Assembly (NCBI GenBank): GCA_030425845.1
Contig: JAUHZG010000001.1
Coordinates: 1-52,780 of the forward strand
Length of the DNA stretch: 52,780 bases
From: Gammaproteobacteria bacterium
GTDB taxonomy: Bacteria > Pseudomonadota > Gammaproteobacteria > JAUHZG01
Direction of reading: 5' to 3'
Within the stretch, counting starts at the first letter, position 1. The number at the start of each line of letters is the position of its first letter. The notes beneath the pieces are model-generated. The model was not told where the DNA came from. It searched no databases and saw nothing but the letters and a program-made list of their open reading frames with translations. A program made the translations under genes and the position numbers. Shown in pieces: positions 51,345 to 52,780 of the stretch.

Positions 51345-51976
51345 TGGCTTCGCTTGCTTACTGTCACACAATGTCTATTGTGCGCTAAAAGCCCGGGCAC
51401 TTGCAATGTATGGCGCTCATACTGATAGCGCGCGCTATCAAGACTTTCCATTTCATCAGCACTGGCTTCGCCTTTCATCGCATACCAGTGTCCGTGCTCA
51501 TCCATCAAATGTTCGGTCAGCGTGATAAATTTATCGAGTGCACTAAACGCGCGGCTAACCACTGCATCAATAGAGCGAGTCGGTTGATAGTCCTCTACTC
51601 GAGAGAAGACGGGCTCGATATTCCGAAGCTCGCATGTCGCTTTGACCACCGAGAGAAAATTTACACGCTTTTGACTGCTATCGAGTAAAATCCACTGTTG
51701 TTCTGGATTGAGTATTGCAAGCACCACGCCAGGTAAACCGGCCCCCGTACCGACATCACACAAGGTTTTCTCGTGTGCCACCAAGGGAGCTAAGGCCAAG
51801 CTATCGAGTAAATGCTTGCTCACCATTTCATTAGGTTCAGTGATTGCAGTGAGATTATGGACTTTATTCCACTTTTGAATAAGCGCCAAGTAGTCCATCA
51901 GTAACTTAATCTGCGCGTCACAAAGTTCAACCCCTAAGGTATTCGCTCCTTGTTTTAATCGCTCAACTGGTGACAC
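51341..51976 (-). CDS. rsmG: 16S rRNA (guanine527-N7)-methyltransferase
   Basis: 211 aa. LLDVGTGAGLPG-type SAM motif (CDVGTGAGLPGV). Positioned after mnmG. Confidence 0.9.
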   Translation of the reverse strand: MSPVERLKQGANTLGVELCDAQIKLLMDYLALIQKWNKVHNLTAITEPNEMVSKHLLDSLALAPLVAHEKTLCDVGTGAGLPGVVLAILNPEQQWILLDSSQKRVNFLSVVKATCELRNIEPVFSRVEDYQPTRSIDAVVSRAFSALDKFITLTEHLMDEHGHWYAMKGEASADEMESLDSARYQYERHTLQVPGLLAHNRHCVTVSKRSQ

Positions 51977-52780
51977 GTACTAATCCTTTAAAGTGGACCA
52001 ATAATATCGAAATCGCCGCCGGCGTCATCCCCGGGATGCGCGACGCCATACCAATGGTCGCTGGTTTGATGCGATTGAGCTTTTCATTGATTTCGGATGA
52101 TAACCCTTTGACGCGAGAATAATCATAGTCAGTCGGCAACTCAATAAGCTCAGCTTCTTTGTGGCGTTCGATCTCTTGCTGTTGTCTGTCGATGTAACCG
52201 GCGTACTTCACCCCAATAGTGATCTGCTGGCCCTGGCGTTTATCAGCGAGGCCCGCCCCCAAGCCAGGTAAGCTCACAATGTCGTCGTAACTTATCTCTG
52301 GGCGCTTCAACAAATCCATCACTTGGTACTCTCGCGTAAGCGGTTGGCCGAGTAACTTACCAAGCGCAATCCCCGCCTCACTGGTGGGTTGAATACAAAT
52401 CGACTTTAAGCGTTCGCGCTCAGCTTCAATCGCCGCATTTTTCGCTTGAAACTTTTGCCATTTCGCATCTGACAATAACCCTAACTCGTAAGCTTTTGCT
52501 GATAAGCGTTGATCGGCGTTATCTTCACGTAACATTAAGCGGTACTCAGCACGCGAGGTAAACATACGGTAAGGTTCTTGCGTGCCACGGGTAATAAGAT
52601 CATCAACTAACACCCCAAGGTAAGCTTCTGAGCGAGAAGGCGTCCAAGCAGATTGGCCTGCAGCTTTACGTGCGGCATTGAGTCCAGCCAATAAACCTTG
52701 CGCGGCCGCTTCTTCATAGCCGGTGGTGCCATTGATTTGACCGGCGAAAAACAAGCCTTCGATATACATGGTCTCAAGTG
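51963..52780 (-). CDS. mnmG: tRNA uridine-5-carboxymethylaminomethyl synthesis enzyme MnmG, C-terminal part (5' end outside window)
   Basis: The frame is open to the window edge. LFFAGQINGTTGYEEAAAQGLLAG and the C-terminal IPGMTPAAISILLVH are canonical GidA/MnmG. Confidence 0.9.
   Translation of the reverse strand, partial: LETMYIEGLFFAGQINGTTGYEEAAAQGLLAGLNAARKAAGQSAWTPSRSEAYLGVLVDDLITRGTQEPYRMFTSRAEYRLMLREDNADQRLSAKAYELGLLSDAKWQKFQAKNAAIEAERERLKSICIQPTSEAGIALGKLLGQPLTREYQVMDLLKRPEISYDDIVSLPGLGAGLADKRQGQQITIGVKYAGYIDRQQQEIERHKEAELIELPTDYDYSRVKGLSSEINEKLNRIKPATIGMASRIPGMTPAAISILLVHFKGLVRVTS

Overview
This is a 52.8-kb chromosomal segment of a gammaproteobacterium. I recognised no rRNA, tRNA, CRISPR array, transposase or integrase by eye. 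All family calls rest on motif recognition in the supplied translations. No BLAST or HMM search was possible, and compositional remarks are by eye only. The backbone is the classic origin-proximal housekeeping set. From the right edge it runs mnmG (partial)-rsmG, then parA-parB, then atpIBEFHAGDC, then glmU/glmS. The left half holds rph, yicC, gmk-rpoZ-spoT-ridA-recG, a three-gene sugar-nucleotide module (ugd, a Gfo/Idh/MocA oxidoreductase, a DegT aminotransferase) and the 3' part of galU. Four accessory blocks are wedged into this backbone. (1) 41.7-51.3 kb, between parA and rsmG, holds DUF924, a PilZ-motif protein, a CPA2/KefB-like antiporter, two unrecognised ~440-aa proteins, a compact stand-alone VgrG and an alpha/beta hydrolase. 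(2) 36.1-39.9 kb, between atpI and parB, holds a 185-aa helical protein, an 896-aa Ser/Thr-rich multi-pass membrane ORFan and an orphan MNT-type nucleotidyltransferase. (3) 20.6-29.0 kb, between folK and atpC, holds a decayed DUF4143-type ATPase gene behind a 3 x 33-bp palindrome array. It also holds a CarH/LitR-type B12-photoreceptor regulator divergent from a five-gene lipid-modification operon (SnoaL-like, SDR, FAD oxidase, DUF1365, CFA-synthase-like), plus three ORFans. (4) 12.8-16.8 kb holds a POT transporter, an MFS transporter and an ATP-grasp ligase fused transcriptionally to glmS. The best candidates for something undescribed are the vgrG-divergent four-gene array (42.5-50.3 kb), the ATP-grasp/transporter trio, and the ORFan membrane proteins that bracket the atp operon. 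None of these can be assigned a function from sequence alone.
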